A stretch of 64,000 nucleotides of DNA, taken from positions 2,328 through 66,327 of the forward strand of contig JAEEUB010000003.1 of the NCBI GenBank assembly GCA_016286785.1, read 5' to 3'. A program made the position numbers and the translations under genes. Under the pieces are notes generated by a model. It searched no databases. It had not been told where the DNA came from and saw only the letters and a program-made list of their open reading frames with translations. This DNA comes from Candidatus Saccharimonadota bacterium. Its GTDB lineage: Bacteria > Patescibacteriota > Saccharimonadia > Saccharimonadales > Saccharimonadaceae. Of the stretch, positions 18,782-26,834 are shown piece by piece. Position 1 is the first letter of the stretch; every line of letters begins with the position of its first letter.

Positions 18782-20437
18782 GTGAAAAATAAAAAATGCA
18801 AATATATCTTTGTTACTGGGGGCGTGTTGTCTGGTGTCGGTAAGGGAATTACGGCGGCAAGCATGGGGGCTATTTTAAAATCAAAAGGCTACAAAGTAAC
18901 CATGCAAAAATGCGACCCGTATCTAAATGTAGATGCGGGTCTTTTAAATCCAGTCGAACATGGCGAATGTTATGTTACGCACGATGGAGTAGAAACGGAT
19001 CTTGACCTCGGTCATTACGAAAGATTTCTAGATTTTGAAACCAACAAATATTCAATTACGCTATCTGGCTCGATTTATAAAGAACTAATCGAAAGAGAAC
19101 GCGCCGGAGGTTTTCATGGTAAAACAGTCCAACTAGTCCCTCACTTTACAAATCTAGTATGTGAAAAAATCGAAAAGGCCTCAGCCGAAAGCGACATTCA
19201 TATAGTAGAAATCGGCGGCACGGTGGGCGATTACGAAGGCCTACCGTTTATTGAGGCAATCAGGCTCTTTGCAAATAAAGTTGGGAGACACAATTGTTTG
19301 TATATTTCGGTTGTATATGTGCCTTTTATTCATACTTCGAATGAATTAAAAACTAAACCAGCCCAAAACGCATTAAAAGATCTGCGTGGTTTTGGAATTA
19401 TTCCGGATATAGTGTGTGTTAGAACAGAGAATCCATGCCCTAGGTCAATTTGCGAAAAAATCGCAGCCTTTTCTGGCATTGCGCCCGAGGCAGTACTAAA
19501 TTTGCCCGACATTAAATCGGTATACGACGTACCATTCAACGTTTTAAAGTCCGGAGTACTTGAAATCTTAAATGACTTTATGGGTGATGAAACGGAGCCA
19601 GATATGTCGCGATGGAAAGAGTTTTCTAGGCGTCGTGGCAAAGAATACGATAAGACCGTAAAAATAGGACTAGTGGCCAAATATGTTGGAAACGATGATA
19701 CCTATATTTGTGTTACAGAGGCCCTAAAAGCCGCAGCAGCCTGGAACAGTGTAAACCTGGACCTTCGCTGGATAAATGCCGAAGATGTGGGTAAGCCAGC
19801 AACCAACAAATTGCTCCGTTCATGTGACGGCATTGTGGTCCCAGGCGGATTTGGCGCTCGTGGCGTAGAGGGAAAAATCAAAGCAGCAACCTATGCTCTC
19901 AAAGAAGATGTGCCATATCTTGGGCTGTGTTTGGGGCTCCAGGTTGCCTGCATTGCTGCAGCTAGGATAGGCGGCATTAAAGATGCAAATTCCGAAGAGT
20001 TTGGTGCCAGCGAAAAACAAAACAACAACGTTATTTATATTATGAGTGACCAAAAGGGCAAAGAATCCACCGGCGGAACAATGAGGCTAGGGGATTTTGA
20101 GGCGCACCTGGTTCCAAAAACCAAAACCGATAAAATCTATAGAAAGTACAATTTTGGTAAAGAATCGGAAGGTCAGTATCAAGTAATCGAAAGACATCGT
20201 CACCGTTACGAAGTTAATCAGGAATTCTTGCCCGCAATGGAAAAAGGCGGAATTAAAATTTCGGGATGCTCTCCAGATGGAACGCTAGTTGAATTTATCG
20301 AAGCACCTAAGAAAAAGTTCTTTATCGCAACGCAAGCACACCCAGAGTTTAAATCGCGCCCCCTTAACGTGCATCCGCTTTTTATGGAATTTATGCGTGC
20401 AGCCAAACATTCCTCAAAAGAAGAAACATCGTCATAA
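18782..20437 (+). CDS. pyrG: CTP synthase
   Basis: FVTGGVLSGVGKG, KCDPYLNVD, DLDLGHYERF, GLCLG (catalytic Cys), ERHRHRYE, QAHPEF; GTG start with GAGGAGG SD. Confidence 0.98.
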   Translation: MKNKKCKYIFVTGGVLSGVGKGITAASMGAILKSKGYKVTMQKCDPYLNVDAGLLNPVEHGECYVTHDGVETDLDLGHYERFLDFETNKYSITLSGSIYKELIERERAGGFHGKTVQLVPHFTNLVCEKIEKASAESDIHIVEIGGTVGDYEGLPFIEAIRLFANKVGRHNCLYISVVYVPFIHTSNELKTKPAQNALKDLRGFGIIPDIVCVRTENPCPRSICEKIAAFSGIAPEAVLNLPDIKSVYDVPFNVLKSGVLEILNDFMGDETEPDMSRWKEFSRRRGKEYDKTVKIGLVAKYVGNDDTYICVTEALKAAAAWNSVNLDLRWINAEDVGKPATNKLLRSCDGIVVPGGFGARGVEGKIKAATYALKEDVPYLGLCLGLQVACIAAARIGGIKDANSEEFGASEKQNNNVIYIMSDQKGKESTGGTMRLGDFEAHLVPKTKTDKIYRKYNFGKESEGQYQVIERHRHRYEVNQEFLPAMEKGGIKISGCSPDGTLVEFIEAPKKKFFIATQAHPEFKSRPLNVHPLFMEFMRAAKHSSKEETSS

Positions 20438-20458
20438 TGTTTATGCTATAATAATAGT

Positions 20459-22081
20459 ATGTACGAAGACGAAGTTCAGCTAAAAAGACGCGACAACGAG
20501 GAGCGTGTTACCTCGGAAAGGGCGCGAATTTTAGGGTTACCGTATCTAGATACGCGAAATTTAGAAAACAGCATTCCGCTTGTTGACGGGGTTTTAGGTG
20601 TGCAAGAAATGCACAGCAGTCACATCATCCCGCTACGAAAGGGTGGTGGCGAAGAACATTATCAGTTTATGGTAACCAGTCAAACGCCCAGATCATTGAT
20701 CGAAAGTAAGCGCCAGGAATATGCCGATAATGGCGAGAGGGCCGACTTCTTCTTAATTTCCGAATCCGCCTTTAAAGCCTTCATGTTGCGCTACGATCCA
20801 CCGAAAGAAGTCCATTACGACGATATCAAGATAGCGGGCGAAGGCGATTCCGAGACCATCGCGAGCGTATCTAGTACGCTCGCCACGGTATCCACCGAAA
20901 AAGTTTTTGATTTTCTTTTGGACCAAGCCGATAAACTCGGAGCCTCCGATATTCATATCGAAAATCTTCGTAATACCATCAGGATTCGCATGCGCGTAGA
21001 CGGTATTCTTCATCCAGTGGCTAATATCGATAGAGATAGATATAGAATTTTTATGGGAGAGCTAAGCTCTAGGGCAAATGTCTCTACCGCCTCTAACGAG
21101 CCTCAATCTGGCCACATGCAAAAGGAAATAGTCGACGGCGACTCCTCGCATCTTTTAAATATTCGTGTCGAAACGATTCCCACCATGTATGGTCAAGACG
21201 CCGTGCTAAGATTATTTAATTTTGACGAGTCACTCTTAAATCTTGATCTTCTTGGCCTATCAGGTGACGAACTCTCCACGGTCAATGAAGTAATCTCCCA
21301 TCCGCGAGGATTAGTGCTGATGGTTGGGCCAACTGGTTCGGGCAAATCAACCACGCTTTATTCTATGTTGAATGCTCTAAACTCCACCGACCGCAAGATT
21401 ATCACCTTGGAAGACCCAATCGAATACGGTATTAGCGGAATTTCGCAAATCCCAATTAACACCAATAATGGCGGCTCGTTTGCTGAGGGGCTGCGTAGTG
21501 TCCTAAGACTAGATCCAGACATCGTAATGGTGGGTGAGATTCGCGATGCCGATACGGCCAAAACTGCTATCCAGGCCTCAATTACTGGGCACTTGGTGCT
21601 ATCTAGCTTTCATGCCAACTCTTCTGCGGCCGCTTTTTCTCGTATGATTGATTTAATTGGTGTAAACCCGATTTTTTCAAGCTCAATTCGTCTAGTGATG
21701 GCACAGCGTTTAGTGAGAAAGCTTGCAGACTCTAAAACGTCCCGCCCTGCTACCGAGGCAGAAGCTAGATATATTAGAGATGTACTTGGCGGGATCCCTC
21801 AAGATCAACTAACAGATATCAATTTGAATGAAATAACCCTTTTTGACCCAGCCCCAACAGAAGAAGATCCGTTTGGGTTTAAGGGTAGGAAAGTCATTGT
21901 TGAACAATTACTAATCTCTGATGATATTCAAGCATATTTGCGGGGAGATGTATCAGATATTAATACTAAAGCAATCGAAGAAACGGCTAGAGAAAACGGC
22001 ATGCTAACTTTGGAGCAAAAAGGAGTCTTAGCGGCGCTAAGAGGCGAAACAACACTAGAAGAAATCTCCCGCGTCATATAA
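20459..22081 (+). CDS. pilB: Type IV pilus assembly / T2SS ATPase PilB/GspE
   Basis: ASDIHIE, GPTGSGKSTT, TLEDPIE, LRLDPDIVMVGEIRD, TGHLVLSS. Confidence 0.93.
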   Translation: MYEDEVQLKRRDNEERVTSERARILGLPYLDTRNLENSIPLVDGVLGVQEMHSSHIIPLRKGGGEEHYQFMVTSQTPRSLIESKRQEYADNGERADFFLISESAFKAFMLRYDPPKEVHYDDIKIAGEGDSETIASVSSTLATVSTEKVFDFLLDQADKLGASDIHIENLRNTIRIRMRVDGILHPVANIDRDRYRIFMGELSSRANVSTASNEPQSGHMQKEIVDGDSSHLLNIRVETIPTMYGQDAVLRLFNFDESLLNLDLLGLSGDELSTVNEVISHPRGLVLMVGPTGSGKSTTLYSMLNALNSTDRKIITLEDPIEYGISGISQIPINTNNGGSFAEGLRSVLRLDPDIVMVGEIRDADTAKTAIQASITGHLVLSSFHANSSAAAFSRMIDLIGVNPIFSSSIRLVMAQRLVRKLADSKTSRPATEAEARYIRDVLGGIPQDQLTDINLNEITLFDPAPTEEDPFGFKGRKVIVEQLLISDDIQAYLRGDVSDINTKAIEETARENGMLTLEQKGVLAALRGETTLEEISRVI

Positions 22082-22099
22082 TATGGTATAATAAGTGTC

Positions 22100-22849
22100 A
22101 TGAGTGAAAAAATAGTTTCTGACTACAATGGATATGATTATAAAAAAGAATTTTGGGAAAATGTAGACCGCGAATATGAAGACCAAGCAGATCGCATGGC
22201 AATTCGTAAACTTCTCCCAAAAAGAATGGATAAATTCGCAGACATCGGTGGCGGATATGGTCGCCTGGCCAACGAATATCTAAAAAAAGCCCACAAAGTT
22301 TATATTTTTGATTATTCCAAATCCGAGCTAAAACAAGCTAAAGAAATCTACGGCGACAAAGTCGAAACCAAGGCCGGAGATATTTATGAGTTGCCGTTTA
22401 AGGATAACGAGCTAGATGGCCTGATTATGGTCCGCGTAACCCATCATCTTAAATACATGAAAAAAGCCATGGCGGAGTTGTATCGAGTCCTAAAACCAGG
22501 CGGTGTAGCAATAATAGAAGTCGCCAACAAAAGAACTTTGCCTAAAATGGTAAGATTTGTAACAAGACGTAGCAAGGTGAACCCATTTGATAAAAAAGTC
22601 GCTAACTACAAAGATATCAGCAAAGACGGATTTTATAATTATCATCCAAAATACGTTGAGGAAATTTTCGAAAAGGTTGGGTTTAAAACCGAAAAAGTTT
22701 TATCGGTCTCAAACTTTAGAAGTAAAAGATTAAAGAAACTATTTGGTACCGAAAAACTCGTTAGAATGGAAAACGGAGCGCAACAAATCTTAGCACCAAT
22801 CAGATTTGCTCCATCTATTTACTATAAGTTGCGAAAACCAGAACAATAG
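22100..22849 (+). CDS. Class I SAM-dependent methyltransferase
   Basis: FADIGGGYGR motif I, GDIYELPF, LYRVLKPGG. Confidence 0.9.
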   Translation: MSEKIVSDYNGYDYKKEFWENVDREYEDQADRMAIRKLLPKRMDKFADIGGGYGRLANEYLKKAHKVYIFDYSKSELKQAKEIYGDKVETKAGDIYELPFKDNELDGLIMVRVTHHLKYMKKAMAELYRVLKPGGVAIIEVANKRTLPKMVRFVTRRSKVNPFDKKVANYKDISKDGFYNYHPKYVEEIFEKVGFKTEKVLSVSNFRSKRLKKLFGTEKLVRMENGAQQILAPIRFAPSIYYKLRKPEQ

Positions 22850-22897
22850 GTTATAATATAGGGTGTAGAGTCATCGGCTGAAAGTCGTCGTCTCTTT

Positions 22898-22972
22898 GGG
22901 GTCGTCGTTCAACGGATAGGACATATCCCCTCTAAGGATACAATGATGGTTCGATTCCATCCGGCCCTACCA
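22898..22972 (+). tRNA. tRNA-Arg(TCT) with atypical C33
   Basis: TATCC-CCTCTAA-GGATA arm, A20 Arg identity base, GATGG-TTCGATT-CCATC T-arm, CCA. Confidence 0.88.
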
Positions 22973-23081
22973 AATAAATAGAAGCCCTTTAGGGCTTATA
23001 TTTATTTGGTAAAGACAGAATCGAACCAGGTTCGCATCCCGAGCAAAGCAAGGGATTCCGCTTTCCATCCGGCCCTACCAA
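22955..23081. repeat. 19-bp direct repeat of the tRNA 3' end (22955-22973 and 23063-23081) enclosing a terminator hairpin and an inverted T-arm copy
   Basis: TTCCATCCGGCCCTACCAA occurs twice; GAATCGAACCA is complementary to the tRNA TGGTTCGATTC. Confidence 0.88.
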
Positions 23082-23175
23082 TATGTAATCTAATCGAACT
23101 TTTATAGTTCGATTTTTTCGTATTTAAAAAGATAAAACTATATTATAATAAGTTACATTAGTTTAGGGGTGTTAT

Positions 23176-23655
23176 ATGTCCAAAATCAGTAATGTATTAA
23201 CAATGCTCGAATATTTGAGTTCAGGTAGAAAACATAGTATTGCCGAATTATCAGAAAAACTAGAAGTTAGTCCTAGGATGATTCGAGTATATAAAGATGA
23301 AATAGAAAAAGCAGGTATTTATATAGATACGATTAAAGGCCCATATGGTGGCTATGTATTAAATCAAAATATAAATGTTCCAAAAAGATTTATAACACCA
23401 AATGCTATTAGTATTAAAAACAAAGAATTTTATAATATAGTTAATAAAGCAATCAAAGAAAAAAGAAAGTGTTATATAGAATATTATTCTAAAGATAAAA
23501 AAGAGATTTCTGCAAGAACTATTCATCCTTACGATTTAATATTACTTGGATCAGAATGGGGAGTCGCTGCATATTGTGAGAAAAAACAAGAGATAAGACA
23601 TTTCTATATAAATCGCATTAAAGAAATAAAATTATTAGAAAATTTTTATAACTGA
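23176..23655 (+). CDS. HTH-WYL transcriptional regulator (short, no WCX domain)
   Basis: wHTH AELSEKLEVSPRMIRVYKDEIEKAG...GPYGGY; WYL region IEYYS...RTIHPY...AAYCEKKQEIRHFYINRI. Confidence 0.9.
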   Translation: MSKISNVLTMLEYLSSGRKHSIAELSEKLEVSPRMIRVYKDEIEKAGIYIDTIKGPYGGYVLNQNINVPKRFITPNAISIKNKEFYNIVNKAIKEKRKCYIEYYSKDKKEISARTIHPYDLILLGSEWGVAAYCEKKQEIRHFYINRIKEIKLLENFYN

Positions 23656-23711
23656 CATATATATTTCCTCTTCTTTTGTTAATATGCAATTAGCAAGGGA
23701 GAGGTTTTATA

Positions 23712-24743
23712 ATGATTAAACATACACATACTGAACCTACAGAATTAAATTTTTCTAAACTAGAAGAAAAAATAATGCAGGTTAATGATCCATGTTTAGG
23801 TAAATATAATGATATAAGAGAAATGCTATATGAATTAACCATAGAAAATAGACCAACATTAATTATGGCAACTGGAGGTTCTAAAGTAATAGCATATTAT
23901 TTACAACTAATTATTGAAAGATTAGGATTAACTGGAATAATTTGTGAGGTAATTGAGCCAAGAGATTACTTTTATAAAGCAAATAGAGATATTTTTTCTA
24001 ATTTAATTGTCATTTCTGCTAGTGGAAATACTAATGGAATTAGCGAAGCATTATTAGATTTTAAGGGAAATAAATATTTAATTACTGAAAATGTAAAAGA
24101 ATCTAATTATCAAGTGGTATCTTGGGGTAATGAACTTTATGATAGAGAAAAGAGTTTTATATCATTAGCTACTAGTTTGGGGCCAATATCATTGCTTCTT
24201 GATTCTACTACTTCACTAAATCTAGAATTAGGTTCAAACGAAATAAAAAGAATAAATGATAAAATAAAAGAATTATTATCAAGAAGTAAAGAAAAAATAA
24301 ATAAATTAAATGTAGTTTTTAAAGATACTCCATTAATTCAAATAATGAGTGGATATGAAACAAAAACTTCTGCGAGTGTTCTAGAGTCTAATTTAACTGA
24401 AGTCGGATTAGTACCAGCAGTAATTCATGATAAAGGTTCATATTGTCATGGAAGAAGTAATTTGTTATTCCAATATCCAAATAGTAGAATAATTTATCTA
24501 TCACATGGTTTAAAAGAATTAGATGATTTATTAATTGATTCTATTAATGGTGAATATTCAAATATATCTGTTTTTAATACAAATGATTTAAAAGATAATA
24601 TATTTTGGAAAGAATATTATTTGATTTTGCAAATGTATTTCTTATCTAAAAAAATTGCTGAAGACAAGAATATAGATTTAACACAACCAGAATATAATCC
24701 AACTTTGGTAAAGAAATTATATAAATTTAAAGGAGAAATGTAA
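23712..24743 (+). CDS. Two-SIS-domain sugar-phosphate isomerase-like protein (GlmS isomerase / PGI-PMI-like)
   Basis: ATGGS and SASGNT phosphate-binding loops; second domain LESNLTE...GSYCHGR resembles GlmS LEGALKLKE...HGP. Confidence 0.75.
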   Translation: MIKHTHTEPTELNFSKLEEKIMQVNDPCLGKYNDIREMLYELTIENRPTLIMATGGSKVIAYYLQLIIERLGLTGIICEVIEPRDYFYKANRDIFSNLIVISASGNTNGISEALLDFKGNKYLITENVKESNYQVVSWGNELYDREKSFISLATSLGPISLLLDSTTSLNLELGSNEIKRINDKIKELLSRSKEKINKLNVVFKDTPLIQIMSGYETKTSASVLESNLTEVGLVPAVIHDKGSYCHGRSNLLFQYPNSRIIYLSHGLKELDDLLIDSINGEYSNISVFNTNDLKDNIFWKEYYLILQMYFLSKKIAEDKNIDLTQPEYNPTLVKKLYKFKGEM

Positions 24744-24744
24744 T

Positions 24745-25356
24745 ATGGAAAATTTAACTTATATAACTGGTAATTATGGTAAGTATGTTTCAGTAAAAGA
24801 AAAATTTGAAAATGCTGGGATTACTATTGATTATTTTAAATGTGATTTAGATGAGCCAGATGTTAATGATATTGAATTTATATCTGAAGAAAAAGCAAGG
24901 CAAGCATACGAAAAATTAGGTAGTCCTGTATTTGTTGCTGACTCAGGTTTCTATATAGAACATTATCCTAATAATCCAGGATATCCAGGTGCCTTTGTAA
25001 AAAGAAGTGGTGTTAGTTCTAATGTAAGTGAACTTTTAGAAACAATGAAAGATGTAACAGATAGAAGTTGCTATTTTCTAGATTGTCTTACTTTCTTTGA
25101 TGGAAATGAATATTATCAATTCTTTGGAATAAGTAAAGGTTCTTTATTAAATGAATTACGAGGACATGAAAATAAACGAGCAAAATCAAATCTATGGTAT
25201 GTGTTTGTACCAGATAATTGTATTAAAACACTAGCAGAAATGACTGATGAGGAAAGAAATAATAGACCTGATAATAGAACAAGTGTCACAGATGAATTTA
25301 TCAAGTGGTATAAACTAAATTACAAAAATGCAAAAAAATTATCTAAAAAATGTTGA
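24745..25356 (+). CDS. Ham1/RdgB (ITPase)-family non-canonical NTP pyrophosphatase, divergent
   Basis: ITGNYGK, SEEKA and VADSGFYI (catalytic Asp) present; canonical FGYDP and SHR motifs replaced. Confidence 0.85.
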   Translation: MENLTYITGNYGKYVSVKEKFENAGITIDYFKCDLDEPDVNDIEFISEEKARQAYEKLGSPVFVADSGFYIEHYPNNPGYPGAFVKRSGVSSNVSELLETMKDVTDRSCYFLDCLTFFDGNEYYQFFGISKGSLLNELRGHENKRAKSNLWYVFVPDNCIKTLAEMTDEERNNRPDNRTSVTDEFIKWYKLNYKNAKKLSKKC

Positions 25357-25595
25357 AATAAATAATACCTATGGCAAAATGTATTTAGTGATTAGTCGTT
25401 TATCAACTATTCCTAAGGTTTCGGATATACTATTTGTCCCTACCATACTAAAATAATCCCTCCAGGGATTATTTATTATTATGGCGAAGTCAGCCCTCTT
25501 TCGTCCGGCCTTATTTCCTGTACCCTCCGGTCTAAGACTTATAAAATCTTATATTAATTTGCTTATTTATTTTAGCTTATGCTATAATTAAAACC

Positions 25596-26834
25596 ATGAG
25601 AGGTCATACAAAAACTCTTATTCTAACACTATCTTTTGTTATGTCTTGTTTTCTTGGTATTAATTCAGTTTCTGCTCTAACTTACCAAGATAATTTAGAT
25701 GTATCATTTATTTTTGATTCTTCTATTTCTGTATCATTATCTTCAGATAATCTAACTATTTCTTCATTGTCTCCAGATACTTATGCAGATAGTAATATCG
25801 TTACAGTTACTACTTCAACTAATAATCCTAGCGGCTATGCTCTAACTGCTACAACCGGCAACAGCGAGACATACACAAGCACTAATTTGATTAATGACGC
25901 AAACATTTTTGTCAGTTTAGGCACTAGCGATAGTATTAGTACAATGTCTTCTGCTGATGCTACCCAAAATGGTAGATGGGGATATGCTTTTTCTATTAAC
26001 TCTGGCAGTACCTGGAAGAACGCTACCGGTGGCACTGGTTACTCTGGCCTACCATACTACACCGCACCAGGAGCAGAAATCATAAGTTCCAATACTAGCG
26101 GCGCCAGTAGTGTACAGTTTAAGATCGGCGCTAAGGCTAATGCGGCTCAATCCGCTGGTACTTATAAAAATGTCATTAACTTTGTGGCCACTGCTAATCC
26201 AGATCCTTCCATAAGACATTATACGGTAAATTATTACGATAACTATGTCACGGCGGACGACCCTTTACCATCACCACGGACTGGTATTTTACAAAACAAT
26301 CGCTTTACTATCTCTGATCAAGATATTCATTTTGAAGGTGGTGACATAATCCTTGAGCAGTATGGCTGGTGTACTGAATCAGTCGATTATGATACAACTG
26401 ATACGTGCAGTAGTAAGGGCGGTAGTTTTTACGCACCTGGCGAAACTATTACTGTAAGTGGAGGAGCAGGAGATGTAACGATTAACCTATACAGAGTCTG
26501 GGCTGTAGAGAAGGCAGATGGATATCTAACAGTTAAAAACGAAAGTGACGCATCGGTACATCTTGACGGCACTTTTGCTCCCGCCGGTTCATATGGTGCT
26601 GAAGTTTATTATACCTACAATACAACATATGAGCCGCTTGTGATGCGAATAGATGCCCCGTCTACCTGTCCATCGAATTGGGTTTGGAGTGCGGATGTTG
26701 ATGACATGGATGACGGAGGAGAGCCGGGTGTTATTCATTCTGGTAGTGGTGGAGATTCTCTTGTCTTAGCAAGCCCATGGCCAGATTTTGTTCAAAGTCT
26801 CTACGTTACCATCACTGGCCACTGCAATAATTAG
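25596..26834 (+). CDS. Secreted surface protein, WxL-like N-domain plus divergent B-repeat
   Basis: Signal peptide; N-domain homologous to that of 9291-12170; AGCTTATGCTATAAT promoter. Confidence 0.8.
   Translation: MRGHTKTLILTLSFVMSCFLGINSVSALTYQDNLDVSFIFDSSISVSLSSDNLTISSLSPDTYADSNIVTVTTSTNNPSGYALTATTGNSETYTSTNLINDANIFVSLGTSDSISTMSSADATQNGRWGYAFSINSGSTWKNATGGTGYSGLPYYTAPGAEIISSNTSGASSVQFKIGAKANAAQSAGTYKNVINFVATANPDPSIRHYTVNYYDNYVTADDPLPSPRTGILQNNRFTISDQDIHFEGGDIILEQYGWCTESVDYDTTDTCSSKGGSFYAPGETITVSGGAGDVTINLYRVWAVEKADGYLTVKNESDASVHLDGTFAPAGSYGAEVYYTYNTTYEPLVMRIDAPSTCPSNWVWSADVDDMDDGGEPGVIHSGSGGDSLVLASPWPDFVQSLYVTITGHCNN

Larger units (their letters stand above)
22973..25445. mobile_element. 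AT-rich genomic islet integrated at tRNA-Arg(TCT), integrase absent
   Basis: Abrupt drop to roughly 25% GC by eye versus roughly 40% in the flanks; right boundary CCCTACCA (25438-25445) repeats the tRNA end and is followed by a hairpin terminator. Confidence 0.75.

Noticed and set aside
22861-22897. Structured leader RNA before tRNA-Arg(TCT)
   Set aside because: Only a weak, mismatch-rich hairpin; no recognisable motif
25480-25540. c-di-GMP-I riboswitch or hammerhead (CTCCGGTCTAAG; GACGAAA)
   Set aside because: The GCAAA/GNRA P1-P2 core and the CUGAUGA core are absent or in the wrong order
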